64,000 nt of DNA from Candidatus Omnitrophota bacterium (GTDB lineage: Bacteria > Omnitrophota > Gorgyraeia > Zapsychrales > Zapsychraceae). Below are positions 51,055-60,053 of the stretch, one piece after another. The stretch covers positions 207,984-271,983 of the forward strand of contig JAJDCA010000014.1 in NCBI GenBank assembly GCA_029261055.1, written 5' to 3'. Position 1 is the first letter of the stretch, and each line of letters opens with the position of its first letter. Position numbers and translations under genes: made by a program. The notes below the pieces were generated by a model. That model saw only the letters and a list, made by a program, of their open reading frames with translations. It was not told the DNA's origin and searched no databases.

Positions 51055-52689
51055 ATGAATCCAATCGATATTAGAAGAGATTTTTTTGGGCGCAAAGAAC
51101 ATTTAGATCTTCTTAAGCGACGTGTGATTGATCTTAAAGAGGGGTATCGACAAAATGTAGCTCTTTTGGGAAATCGTTACGTTGGTAAAAGTATGCTTTT
51201 ACAATATTTTCTTTCCGAGTTAGATGATGATGATAAAATTGTTATTTATCTCGACTTAGAGAATAAAGATTTTCATTACTTTTTTTCTAAGTTTACAACA
51301 AGCCTTCTATACAATTTTTCAAAAAGTAAACATTTACCAATCTATGATGATTTAAATCTTTTTTTAGAAAGTACAAAGAGCATTATTCCGCATACCATCG
51401 AAGTGATTCGAAAAATTCAAGCAGATTATCAAAAAGGGAAATTTGAAGATACTTATTTAGGATTGTTAACTTTGCCTGAGGTGTTTACCCATGAAACAGG
51501 GCAATATTGTTTGCTTATTTTAGATGAATTTCAGAATTTAGATGTTTTTGATTTTCCGAATGTTTTTCAAGATCTTGGTAAGAAAATTATGACACAAAAA
51601 AAGTGTTTTTATATTGTGACAAGTTCTTATCCTGAAACAGCAAAAAAGATTTTATCAGAAAAATTGTCATTGCTTTTTGGGAATTTTGAAGTCATCAACC
51701 TTGAGCCCTTTGATATACAGGAAGGTCAAAAGTGTATTACGAATAATTTAGCTGATAATAAAATTGGACTACAGCTATGCAGTTTTTTAGCAGATTTTAC
51801 CGGAGGACACCCGTTGTATTTAAATTTGATTTGTCAGGAATTAATCAGTCTTTGTGCTATCCATAATCAAAATGAAATTTATAAACCGGTACTTTCCCAG
51901 GCTGTAGAAAATACAATATTTGGTCGATGGGGTGTGATTAGTAGGCATTTTGAATTAATTGTTAATGAATTATGTAGTGGTAAAGGGAATCGATTGATGT
52001 CTTCCGTTTTAATGTCTTTATCTAATGGGAAGCATAAAGTGGATGATTTAGTAAATGATATTGGTGTGAAAAAAGGGCAGATAGCGCAAAAAATTAACCG
52101 GCTTTTAGAATTAGGCATTGTTGTTAAAAATGGTAATTTTCATTATTTGCAGGACAAGCTTTTTAGATATTGGATTAAATTTGTTTATCAGAAAAGAATG
52201 AAAGATTTAGAATTAACCCCGGATAAACAAAGAAAACAATTTAAAGAAGAGTTTCACCTGAGTGTTGAGAATTTTAAAATGTCTTCACGTAAAGATTTCG
52301 CGTCCAGAATTACAGAGCTTTTATATTGTTTTGATAATGAAGCTTTTCATCTCAACGGCAGGAAATATAAATTACCTGTGTTTCGTGAAATTGTTCCTAT
52401 TAAACTCAAAAGTGATAAAGGAATGTATTTTGATATGCTCAAGGCTTCAACGCGAGATGATACGTGGTTTGTTGTGGTCAAAAAAGATCATCTTGGGGAA
52501 AATGATGTGAATGAAATTCTTGCAGCTTCGAAAGAAATTGTAAAGAAACCTGGTCGGTATGTAATTATATCGCTTGCCGCCCTTGACCAAAATACGCGTT
52601 TAAAGGCTTTGCAAGAAAGATTTTGGATTTGGAATGAGGGAGAATTAAACGATTTATTAACCCTTTTTGATAAACCTTATATAGTTTAA
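51055..52689 (+). CDS. large P-loop ATPase of the Arch_ATPase (PF01637-like) type with a C-terminal DUF234-like domain; function unknown
   Basis: DFFGRKEHLDLLKRRV…LLGNRYVGKSMLL (Walker A), LLILDEFQNL (Walker B); 544 aa. Confidence 0.7.
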   Translation: MNPIDIRRDFFGRKEHLDLLKRRVIDLKEGYRQNVALLGNRYVGKSMLLQYFLSELDDDDKIVIYLDLENKDFHYFFSKFTTSLLYNFSKSKHLPIYDDLNLFLESTKSIIPHTIEVIRKIQADYQKGKFEDTYLGLLTLPEVFTHETGQYCLLILDEFQNLDVFDFPNVFQDLGKKIMTQKKCFYIVTSSYPETAKKILSEKLSLLFGNFEVINLEPFDIQEGQKCITNNLADNKIGLQLCSFLADFTGGHPLYLNLICQELISLCAIHNQNEIYKPVLSQAVENTIFGRWGVISRHFELIVNELCSGKGNRLMSSVLMSLSNGKHKVDDLVNDIGVKKGQIAQKINRLLELGIVVKNGNFHYLQDKLFRYWIKFVYQKRMKDLELTPDKQRKQFKEEFHLSVENFKMSSRKDFASRITELLYCFDNEAFHLNGRKYKLPVFREIVPIKLKSDKGMYFDMLKASTRDDTWFVVVKKDHLGENDVNEILAASKEIVKKPGRYVIISLAALDQNTRLKALQERFWIWNEGELNDLLTLFDKPYIV

Positions 52690-52695
52690 AAAAAC

Positions 52696-53175
52696 ATGAA
52701 AATAGGCGTTATTTCAGATACACATTCGCTTGAAATTCCAAAACAAGTGCTTAAAGCTTTTGAAGAGGTGGATTTCATTATTCATGCGGGTGATTTTTGT
52801 GCAGTAGATGATTTGAACATATTGACAGATATTAAAGAAGTGAAAGCTGTTTATGGTAATATGGATGAATCTAAGATTGTTACAAAGTTTCCTCAACGAC
52901 AAATTTTTTCGTTTGGGAAATTTCTGATCGGGTTGTATCATGGGGAAGGCCCTCCAAAACGGGTATTAGATTTTGTTGTTAGAGAATTTGAAGGGGAGAA
53001 AGTGGATGCGGTTATCTTTGGCCATTCGCATTATCCGTTGATTAAAAAAGTAAATAATGTGCTGTATTTTAACCCTGGAAGTCCGAACGATACTATTCGG
53101 GCTCCATACTGTTCTTATGGTATTTTAGAAATCATTAATGATGAGCTTGTCGCAAAAATTATCAAATTAGGGTAA
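52696..53175 (+). CDS. YfcE/MJ0936-family metallophosphoesterase
   Basis: MKIGVISDTHS…HAGDF…GHSHYP. Confidence 0.8.
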   Translation: MKIGVISDTHSLEIPKQVLKAFEEVDFIIHAGDFCAVDDLNILTDIKEVKAVYGNMDESKIVTKFPQRQIFSFGKFLIGLYHGEGPPKRVLDFVVREFEGEKVDAVIFGHSHYPLIKKVNNVLYFNPGSPNDTIRAPYCSYGILEIINDELVAKIIKLG

Positions 53176-53179
53176 AAAA

Positions 53180-53659
53180 ATGGAAAAAATATGGGCTCCG
53201 TGGAGAGATCAATACATTACAAAAATTGTTAAGGAAAATAAACAATGCGTTTTTTGTAAAATTCTTGAAGAAAAAAAAGATAAAAAGAATTATATTTTTA
53301 TGCGTAGAAAATATGCCTATGCGGTTCTCAACATTTTTCCCTATAATAATGGTCATATCCTGATAATACCAAATCGACATGTATCGGATATGAGTAAACT
53401 GAAGAAAGCAGAACGCGATGAACTTTTTGATCTTTTGGAGGAAGCTAAGTCTGTTGTCGGTAAAATTCTTTCTCCGGAAGGATATAACATTGGTATCAAC
53501 CTTGGTCGTGTAGCTGGGGCAGGTTTTCCGCAACATTTACACGTTCATCTTGTCCCGCGTTGGTTTGGGGATGTTAATTTTATGCCTGTAACGGCCAATA
53601 CAAAAGTTATATCGCAATCCTTAAAAAGCCTACATGAAAAGTTAGTGAAACATGCGTAA
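53180..53659 (+). CDS. HIT-family nucleotide hydrolase
   Basis: Histidine triad QHLHVHLVPRW; 159 aa. Confidence 0.8.
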   Translation: MEKIWAPWRDQYITKIVKENKQCVFCKILEEKKDKKNYIFMRRKYAYAVLNIFPYNNGHILIIPNRHVSDMSKLKKAERDELFDLLEEAKSVVGKILSPEGYNIGINLGRVAGAGFPQHLHVHLVPRWFGDVNFMPVTANTKVISQSLKSLHEKLVKHA

Positions 53660-54818
53660 TCGTTTAGACATTGAAGAACTAGAAAAAAAGATATTGGCAC
53701 CTTATGCAATGAAAAGTTGTGAAAGTGCAGGGCGTATTTATGAAGAACCTAAACATGAGGTGCGCACGTGTTATCAGCGTGATAGAGATCGTGTAGTCCA
53801 TTGTGAAGCCTTTAGGAAATTAGAATATAAGACGCAAGTTTTTGTTATTTTTGAAGGGGACTATTACCGGACACGATTGACGCACACCATCGAAGTTGCT
53901 CAAATTGCGCGTACCATTGGACGAAGTCTACAGTTAAACGAAGACCTTATTGAGGCCATTGCCTTGGCGCATGATTTGGGGCATCCACCATTTGGACACG
54001 CTGGAGAACATGCTTTAGATGGTATAATGAAGTCTCTTCATGAGCAGGGTTTTAATCATAATTTGCGTAGTTTTGAAATTGTGACTAAATTTGAAAAGCG
54101 TTATCCTGATTTTGATGGTTTGAATCTGACGGAAGAGGTTTTGATCGGTATTTTAAAACACAAAACAGCCTATGATAAACCAGGAATTTCAGATAAATTT
54201 ACCCATAAAGGCCCTTCATTAGAAGCTCAGGTTGTGGATATCGCTGATTCTTTAGCCTATTTGTCGCATGATATCGATGATGGGTTAACATCTGGATGTA
54301 TTACGGAAGAAGATTTGATCGAAAGTAATTTTTGGCAAAAGGCTTATCAGATTGCCAAAGATCATGTGAGTGTATCCAATAAGGAAATGTTGAAATATCA
54401 GATAGTAAAAGCTTTGATTGATATGCAGATAAGGGACTTATTATCTTTTTCGGGGGATAAAATTACGGCATTAAATTTTCAGAGTTCTGAGGAAGTAAGA
54501 AGTCATGCTGAAACAGTTATTGATTTTAGTCCTGGGATGAACCAAGATAGAAATACTTTGCAAGGTTTATTAAATAAAAAAGTTTATCATCATTACCGTG
54601 TGGAGAGAATGACATCTAAAGCCGCGCGAATTATTAATGATTTATTTGAAGTTTATAAAAAAAATCCAAGTCAATTGCCGTATGCCGTTTATCAGCGGGA
54701 TCAAAAATATGCGGATAAAGATGTGTATGAAATTATTTGTAATTATATTGCGTCCATGACGGACAGGTTTGCCCTCAATGAGCACAAAAAACTCTTCGAC
54801 CCCTACAAAAAAGTATAA
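53652..54818 (+). CDS. dgt: dGTP triphosphohydrolase-like HD-domain protein
   Basis: …QRDRDRVVHCEAFRKLEYKTQVF…RLTHTIEVAQIARTIG…AHDLGHPPFGHAGE; 388 aa. Confidence 0.85.
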   Translation: MRNRLDIEELEKKILAPYAMKSCESAGRIYEEPKHEVRTCYQRDRDRVVHCEAFRKLEYKTQVFVIFEGDYYRTRLTHTIEVAQIARTIGRSLQLNEDLIEAIALAHDLGHPPFGHAGEHALDGIMKSLHEQGFNHNLRSFEIVTKFEKRYPDFDGLNLTEEVLIGILKHKTAYDKPGISDKFTHKGPSLEAQVVDIADSLAYLSHDIDDGLTSGCITEEDLIESNFWQKAYQIAKDHVSVSNKEMLKYQIVKALIDMQIRDLLSFSGDKITALNFQSSEEVRSHAETVIDFSPGMNQDRNTLQGLLNKKVYHHYRVERMTSKAARIINDLFEVYKKNPSQLPYAVYQRDQKYADKDVYEIICNYIASMTDRFALNEHKKLFDPYKKV

Positions 54819-55851
54819 ATTGATTTTATCAGCTGTTCATATGGTTTATAGATTGGTTAATTCTACCTATAATGAACAGGAATTAGTTCTTCGTTTAACG
54901 CGACTACTTTGTCAATTTATTAAAGCTAGTTCGTCCACAATTTATTTATTAAATCCTAAAACAAAAAAAATTGAGCTGATTGGTATTTTTGACAATAAAA
55001 TTAATATTCTTGTGACGAAAAAAAGAGAACTTGCCAAAATTTCAAAAGAAGAATATAGGGTGACACAAGGATATGCTATTTTTGAAAAACATCTTCTAGG
55101 GATACCTCTTGTGGCGGATGACAATGTCGGTGCGGTTTTTATCAAACGTAAAATTCATGAGCCAGCGTTTACTGAATTTGACAAAGAAATTCTTTCTGTT
55201 GTTGCAGAACAATCTGTAACGGCTATTAAGAATTTGCAGTTGTACGAGGAACAACAAAAGGTCATATTGGCGAGTATTAAATTTATTGGAACGTTATTAG
55301 ATCAGCATGGTCCTGCCTGGGGCGTATCGCATACGCCAGTTTTTTTTAAAATTATAAAATGTTTAGGGGACGCTCTTAAAATTGGTGAAGATGAGGTCAA
55401 TAATTTGTATTATGCTAGTGTGTTGCGTGATGCGGGAGCTATTGATGTTCCTTACGAAATTTTATCCAAAACAAGTCAGTTGACACCTGAGGAATTTAAA
55501 GTCATCCGTAATCAACCGGCAAAAAGCGTAGAACTCATTCGTCCGGTTAGGTTTTTGAAACCGGTGTTACCTATTATTTTGTATCACCATGAAAAATATG
55601 ATGGTTCGGGATACCCCTCAGGATTGAAGAAGGAACAAATACCTATAGGGGCCAGAATTATGGCTGTTGTTGATGCTTTTGAAGCTATGACGATAGATAG
55701 GCCCTATAAAAAACGTTTGTCTGTTGAAGAAGCCCTTGAAGAGTTAAAGCACAACAGAGGGACGCAGTTTGATCCTAATGTGGTCAATACCTTTATAAAA
55801 TTATCGCGTCAAAAAAAGTTTAGAAAATACTTGTCTTCTCATCATATATAA
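54769..55851 (+). CDS. GAF-domain HD-GYP phosphodiesterase (c-di-GMP signalling)
   Basis: C-terminal HHEKYDGSGYP (HD-GYP) and an N-terminal GAF-like region. Start uncertain (ATG 54769/54778/54841). The 54769 start overlaps dgt by 50 nt. Confidence 0.75.
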   Translation: MPSMSTKNSSTPTKKYKLILSAVHMVYRLVNSTYNEQELVLRLTRLLCQFIKASSSTIYLLNPKTKKIELIGIFDNKINILVTKKRELAKISKEEYRVTQGYAIFEKHLLGIPLVADDNVGAVFIKRKIHEPAFTEFDKEILSVVAEQSVTAIKNLQLYEEQQKVILASIKFIGTLLDQHGPAWGVSHTPVFFKIIKCLGDALKIGEDEVNNLYYASVLRDAGAIDVPYEILSKTSQLTPEEFKVIRNQPAKSVELIRPVRFLKPVLPIILYHHEKYDGSGYPSGLKKEQIPIGARIMAVVDAFEAMTIDRPYKKRLSVEEALEELKHNRGTQFDPNVVNTFIKLSRQKKFRKYLSSHHI

Positions 55852-55887
55852 AATTATAATAGATATTATATAAATCAATAAATAAAA

Positions 55888-56475
55888 ATGACTAATAAAA
55901 TAAATAATCAATCTCAATTTGAGCTTTTTCCTGCAAATACACCACCTATCCAAAAAGATAAGAATAAAGGGGGTCCATTAAAAGACTTGACATTCTCAGC
56001 CGAAAATATTATTGTTTTATGCATTGTTTTCGTCATGGTTTTGGTGTTTTGCTTTTCTTTTGGGGTTGACCGCGGGAAAAAGGTAGTTAAACCGCCCTCC
56101 AAAGATGTTATTTCACGCGATTTCCATCAAAATGAGGATGTTGAGATTGTAATTGAAGAGAAAGTAGCAGTTCCATTAAAGGCTCAATTAGCTCCAATAA
56201 AAGAGCCGATCAATGTGGAAAACGAAGTAACATCTGCTGTAGAACTTTCCGTAATAGAAGATTTATTTACTGTCCAAGTCGCCTCCTTTAAAAATGAGGA
56301 AAATGCTCAACGTGAAGCGCAGCGTTTACAGGATTTTGGAGAAGATATATTTGTGCTAACGAAAGGCAGCCATTCGATTGTCTGTATAGGAAAATTTAAT
56401 CTAAAAGAGAATGCCAAAGAGCTTTCTCACAAACTTAAATCAAAATACAATGATTGTTTAGTCAGGAGATTATAA
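55888..56475 (+). CDS. SPOR-domain membrane protein
   Basis: One TM segment and a C-terminal SPOR-like block (FTVQVASFKNEENAQREAQRLQDFGEDIFVL…IGKFNLKENAKEL). Confidence 0.65.
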   Translation: MTNKINNQSQFELFPANTPPIQKDKNKGGPLKDLTFSAENIIVLCIVFVMVLVFCFSFGVDRGKKVVKPPSKDVISRDFHQNEDVEIVIEEKVAVPLKAQLAPIKEPINVENEVTSAVELSVIEDLFTVQVASFKNEENAQREAQRLQDFGEDIFVLTKGSHSIVCIGKFNLKENAKELSHKLKSKYNDCLVRRL

Positions 56476-56477
56476 TT

Positions 56478-56702
56478 ATGTCATTACATCCTTCATTACG
56501 TGTCGATACAGCCGGAGCCCAACAACGCACGGTTTTAACGCGCATTGAACGCATCAAGGACCTTATGAAAAAAGGGCTCTGGGAAGATGGTCGTTCTGTT
56601 ACAGGTTTACCTAAAACAAAGATTATCAAAATTAAGGCTCAAAAGAAAACTAAAGAAGAAGATGAAGATACAGATGCTGCGGCAAAAGAGGTTAAAAAAT
56701 AA
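56478..56702 (+). CDS. small basic hypothetical protein (74 aa)
   Basis: MSLHPSLRVDTAGAQQRTVLTRIERIKDLMKKGLWEDGRS… with an acidic/Lys-rich tail. SD GGAG upstream. Confidence 0.5.
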   Translation: MSLHPSLRVDTAGAQQRTVLTRIERIKDLMKKGLWEDGRSVTGLPKTKIIKIKAQKKTKEEDEDTDAAAKEVKK

Positions 56703-56720
56703 AATTAATTTATAATTTTT

Positions 56721-56787
56721 AAGCGTGAAGTGTGAAGCATGAAATGTAGCGTTTAATACGTTTTATGAGCAATGCTTCACGCTTCAT
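56721..56787 (+). terminator. long imperfect hairpin downstream of the small ORF (terminator-like or regulatory RNA structure)
   Basis: AAGCGTGAAG-TGTGAAGCAT … 31-nt loop … ATGCTTCACGCTTCAT. The 5' arm carries an internal GTGAAG duplication. A weak T-tract (AATTTT) follows. Confidence 0.4.
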
Positions 56788-56818
56788 AATTTTCCCCATC
56801 TCATAAGTTTTACTATCC

Positions 56819-57739
56819 ATGAAAAAAATAATTTCTAATTTCTTCCTAATTACATTCTTCACAATAGGGCTTTCAAGTAGAGGGTGGGCGCAAGATGTAT
56901 TTCCATTCTTAGCAAAAGTTACATCGAAACATGTAAATGTTCGATCAGGGCAAAGTGTGAATTTTGAGTCCTTATATCAGTTTAATAAGGATGATAAGGT
57001 CATTGTTGTTGGAAAAGAATATAGTTGGTACAAAATTGAGCTACCCCCTTTGGCCAAAAGTTTTGTCCATAAAGATTTTGTGCAGAAGATCAATGCGACA
57101 ATTGCTCAGGTTATTGCTGCTCGTGTCAATGTGCGGGCGGGTAAAGGTATTGAACATATGATTCTTGGGCAATTGAACAAAGGCTCGCGAGTACGTATTT
57201 TAGAAGAGACCGAAGAATGGTACAAAATTGAACCTGTCGCCAATACGTATGGATGGATATCCGATAAATTTTTAGAATATGAATCTAAGAGTGTTGCTAT
57301 ACAAAATAAAAAACAAGACATCAGATTATTTGTTGAAGAAAAACAAGAAGAAAAACACGAAGTAAAGCAAAAAGTAAATAAGGATGTAAATCGGAAAGTA
57401 AAGAAGGAAGTAAAGCGGAAAGTAAAGCAGAAAGTAAAACCGCCAAAGGCAGAAAAACAGAAAAAGATCGCCCGCACCACGAAGCCTACCAATCAACCTA
57501 AGTTAGAAAAAGGGCAAGTGGCTGTTGAAGGATATTTAAAGCCCATTCAAAATGCCAAATCGATTGAAGTGCAATATCAGTTTATTATAAATGAACAACA
57601 TGTGTATGATATCCAAGGCCTTAAGCCGGTTTTTGATGAGTTTTTATACCGCAAAGTCGCTATTGAAGGGGTCATTAACACAAAAATATCTTCATTGTAT
57701 CCCGTCATTTTAGTATCCAGAGTGCAATTAATGTTATAG
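56819..57739 (+). CDS. secreted protein with two bacterial SH3 domains and a KVKxKV tandem-repeat linker
   Basis: Signal peptide, two SH3b-like blocks (…SWYKIELPP…, …EEWYKIEPV…WISDKFL) and the repeat KHEVKQKVNKDVNRKVKKEVKRKVKQKVKP. Confidence 0.65.
   Translation: MKKIISNFFLITFFTIGLSSRGWAQDVFPFLAKVTSKHVNVRSGQSVNFESLYQFNKDDKVIVVGKEYSWYKIELPPLAKSFVHKDFVQKINATIAQVIAARVNVRAGKGIEHMILGQLNKGSRVRILEETEEWYKIEPVANTYGWISDKFLEYESKSVAIQNKKQDIRLFVEEKQEEKHEVKQKVNKDVNRKVKKEVKRKVKQKVKPPKAEKQKKIARTTKPTNQPKLEKGQVAVEGYLKPIQNAKSIEVQYQFIINEQHVYDIQGLKPVFDEFLYRKVAIEGVINTKISSLYPVILVSRVQLML
57352..57440 (+). repeat. in-frame tandem 12/24-nt repeats (GAAAGTAAAG units) encoding (K/R)KVK(K/Q)(E/K)V
   Basis: Direct repeats are visible in the sequence at 57352-57440. 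Confidence 0.7.
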
Positions 57740-57742
57740 GAG

Positions 57743-58373
57743 ATGTATCATTTTTGTTCTTCTCATTTTATTTATCACCATCGTCCTTCACGAGTATGCC
57801 CATGCATGGACCGCGTATAAATTAGGAGACCCTACGGCAAAAAACGCAGGGCGACTTACTTTAAATCCCCTCAAGCATGTGGATCCTGTTGGTACCATTT
57901 TTATTCCTGGAATGCTTTATCTATTAAGTCGTTTTGGTATGCCATTGATTTTGTTTGGCTGGGCTAAGCCTGTTCCGGTTAATTTTCAACGGTTATCCAA
58001 TCCTAAGCGAGATATGATTCTTGTCGGCATGGCCGGGCCGGCTATTAATATTTTTATTGCGGTTGTATTAAGTGTGTTTATCAAATTTAATCCAAAACTA
58101 GCTTTCAATGAATGGATGCTGGCAGTCATGTTTATTAATTTGCTGCTAGCGATTTTTAATATGATGCCTATACCGCCTTTGGATGGATCCCGGTTAGTTA
58201 TGGGTTTATTGCCAAATCGTTTGGCATTGCCATATAGTCGGATAGAGCCTTTTGGTATTCCACTTGTGCTGATAGCCGTTATTTATTTTGATATATTTGA
58301 GAAAGTTATTTTACCCATTATTGAAGTATGCGGAAATATGTTGGGTGTAAAATTTATAGGAGTAATTATCTGA
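57743..58373 (+). CDS. M50/site-2-protease family zinc metalloprotease, apparent frameshift at the start (possible pseudogene or assembly indel)
   Basis: The HEYAHAW (HExxH) motif and preceding TM helix are in frame with the 57879 ORF but lie upstream of any ATG/GTG/TTG. An ATG at 57743 with an adjacent AGGAG is in the +2 frame. Removing one T from the T5 run (57751-57755) gives MYHFVLLILFITIVLHEYAHAW…. Confidence 0.5.
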
Positions 58374-59473
58374 TGTCTATCGTTAATGTCGCATTAAAAC
58401 AAAATGCTTATAAAATTGTTGTCGGGCAAAATATTTTAGAAAATTTAGGGAAGCAGGTGAGTAGCCTAAAGATAGGTCTGGATGCTGTGATTATCACGAA
58501 TCCTATTATTAAAAAACATTATGGGAAATTGGTTGCTGCGAGTTTGACTCAAAAGGGTTTTACAGTAAAGTTTTTTGAGGTTCCCGAAGGAGAGAAGAGC
58601 AAGTCGGCAAAGATGGCCTTTCAGCTTATTGAAAAGGTTGCGCAGTATGATCGTTTAAAGAGAGTGTTTATTGTGGCTATGGGGGGCGGTGTTGTTGGGG
58701 ATTTGGCTGGATATGTTGCCGCGGCTTATAAAAGAGGGATACCGTACTTTCAGTTACCAACCACATTTTTGGCCCAAATTGATTCGGCTATCGGTGGAAA
58801 AGTCGGCATTGATTTGCCGATGGGAAAGAATTTAGTAGGAGCCTTTTATCAGCCTAAAGTCGTCTTTAGTGATGTGGCCTCATTGGCAACATTGTCCAAA
58901 CGGCAAATCCGTAACGGTTTGGCTGAAGCAATCAAATATGGCATTATTTATGATAAGAAATTATTTGATTTTATTGCGCGTCACTATGAAAGCCTTTTAA
59001 ATCACGATTTGAAGGCTTTAGAAAAAGTCGTTTTAAGTTGTAGTAAAATAAAAGCCGAAGTGGTTGTGGCTGATGAAAAAGAGACTAAAGGAATTCGTAC
59101 GATACTCAATTTTGGGCATACAGTTGGCCACGCAATTGAAGCAGCCGGCACTTACAATGATTACCAGCATGGTGAAGCGATTGCCTTGGGTATGCGTGTG
59201 GCTGCGGATATTTCGTATCAGTTAAAATTATTATCTTCAGAAAACGTTTTAAAAATTAATCAACTTTTATCCGCTGTAGGGCTTCCGGAAAAAATTCAAA
59301 AAATCCGTTTGGCTGATATTATGCACAAAATGCAACACGATAAGAAATTTCAATCCGGAAAGAATCGTTTTGTTCTTGCTGAAGCGATTGGTAAGGTTAG
59401 CGTTGTCGAAGGGATTGATCTAAAAATAATTAAGCAGGCCATTAAGGCGTATATGTATTCTTCCCGCGTTTGA
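58373..59473 (+). CDS. aroB: 3-dehydroquinate synthase
   Basis: ATG overlaps the upstream TGA (TGATG). Conserved DHQS blocks (GGGVVGDLAGYVAA, NFGHTVGHAIE). Confidence 0.88.
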   Translation: MSIVNVALKQNAYKIVVGQNILENLGKQVSSLKIGLDAVIITNPIIKKHYGKLVAASLTQKGFTVKFFEVPEGEKSKSAKMAFQLIEKVAQYDRLKRVFIVAMGGGVVGDLAGYVAAAYKRGIPYFQLPTTFLAQIDSAIGGKVGIDLPMGKNLVGAFYQPKVVFSDVASLATLSKRQIRNGLAEAIKYGIIYDKKLFDFIARHYESLLNHDLKALEKVVLSCSKIKAEVVVADEKETKGIRTILNFGHTVGHAIEAAGTYNDYQHGEAIALGMRVAADISYQLKLLSSENVLKINQLLSAVGLPEKIQKIRLADIMHKMQHDKKFQSGKNRFVLAEAIGKVSVVEGIDLKIIKQAIKAYMYSSRV

Positions 59474-60053
59474 TATTGAGGGTGATCGTTTTACCGCTAT
59501 CTGTCCGTAGCTGAACTTCTTTTAATGTAACAGCCATTACTTCAATTACTTCGATACCTTCCACAAATTCTCCCACCGCATAGATTTCATCATTAATTAG
59601 GGCTACATATGTTTCATCGGCTAACATTATGCCACCAAGAATAAGGGTTCTATTATTTGGGATGGCGATTTTTTTAGGTGTTATTTCTTTTGTCACAATA
59701 GGGGCAGATTTTTGTGTTAGTTCGTTCGAGGAAAGGGGCTCTGGCTTTTCAGAAAGGGTAGTCTGGGATGATGTGAAAGTTTGAGTTAATTTTTCCAATT
59801 CAGGGCGATCAAATTTCTTTATTAGAAGAGTAATGGCAAGTCCTGAAATAAAACAGAAGATGGCGATGGCAATAATTATGAATATTGATTGTGTATTGTG
59901 TTTTTTTAGCGGAGTTGGTTTTGAGCTTGGAGTATTTTCTTTTGTATCAGAGGTGTTTTGATTTTTTAATTTGGGGGCCGTTGGAGAGGTTACCGTTTGG
60001 GTTTCTTGTAAATTATTTTGTGTTTTCTTAAGGGCGTCGTGAATAATACTCAT
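59442..60053 (-). CDS. GspB/ExeB-like membrane protein
   Basis: N-terminus MSIIHDALKK resembles the GspB family start. One TM segment. Its start overlaps the stop of the upstream gspA-like gene. Confidence 0.5.
   Translation of the reverse strand: MSIIHDALKKTQNNLQETQTVTSPTAPKLKNQNTSDTKENTPSSKPTPLKKHNTQSIFIIIAIAIFCFISGLAITLLIKKFDRPELEKLTQTFTSSQTTLSEKPEPLSSNELTQKSAPIVTKEITPKKIAIPNNRTLILGGIMLADETYVALINDEIYAVGEFVEGIEVIEVMAVTLKEVQLRTDSGKTITLNIKRGKNTYTP

Noticed and set aside
53652-54818. Calling the dGTPase a defence gene outright
   Set aside because: Sequence matches housekeeping Dgt-like proteins equally well and there is no island context; kept only as a hypothesis within the cluster finding.
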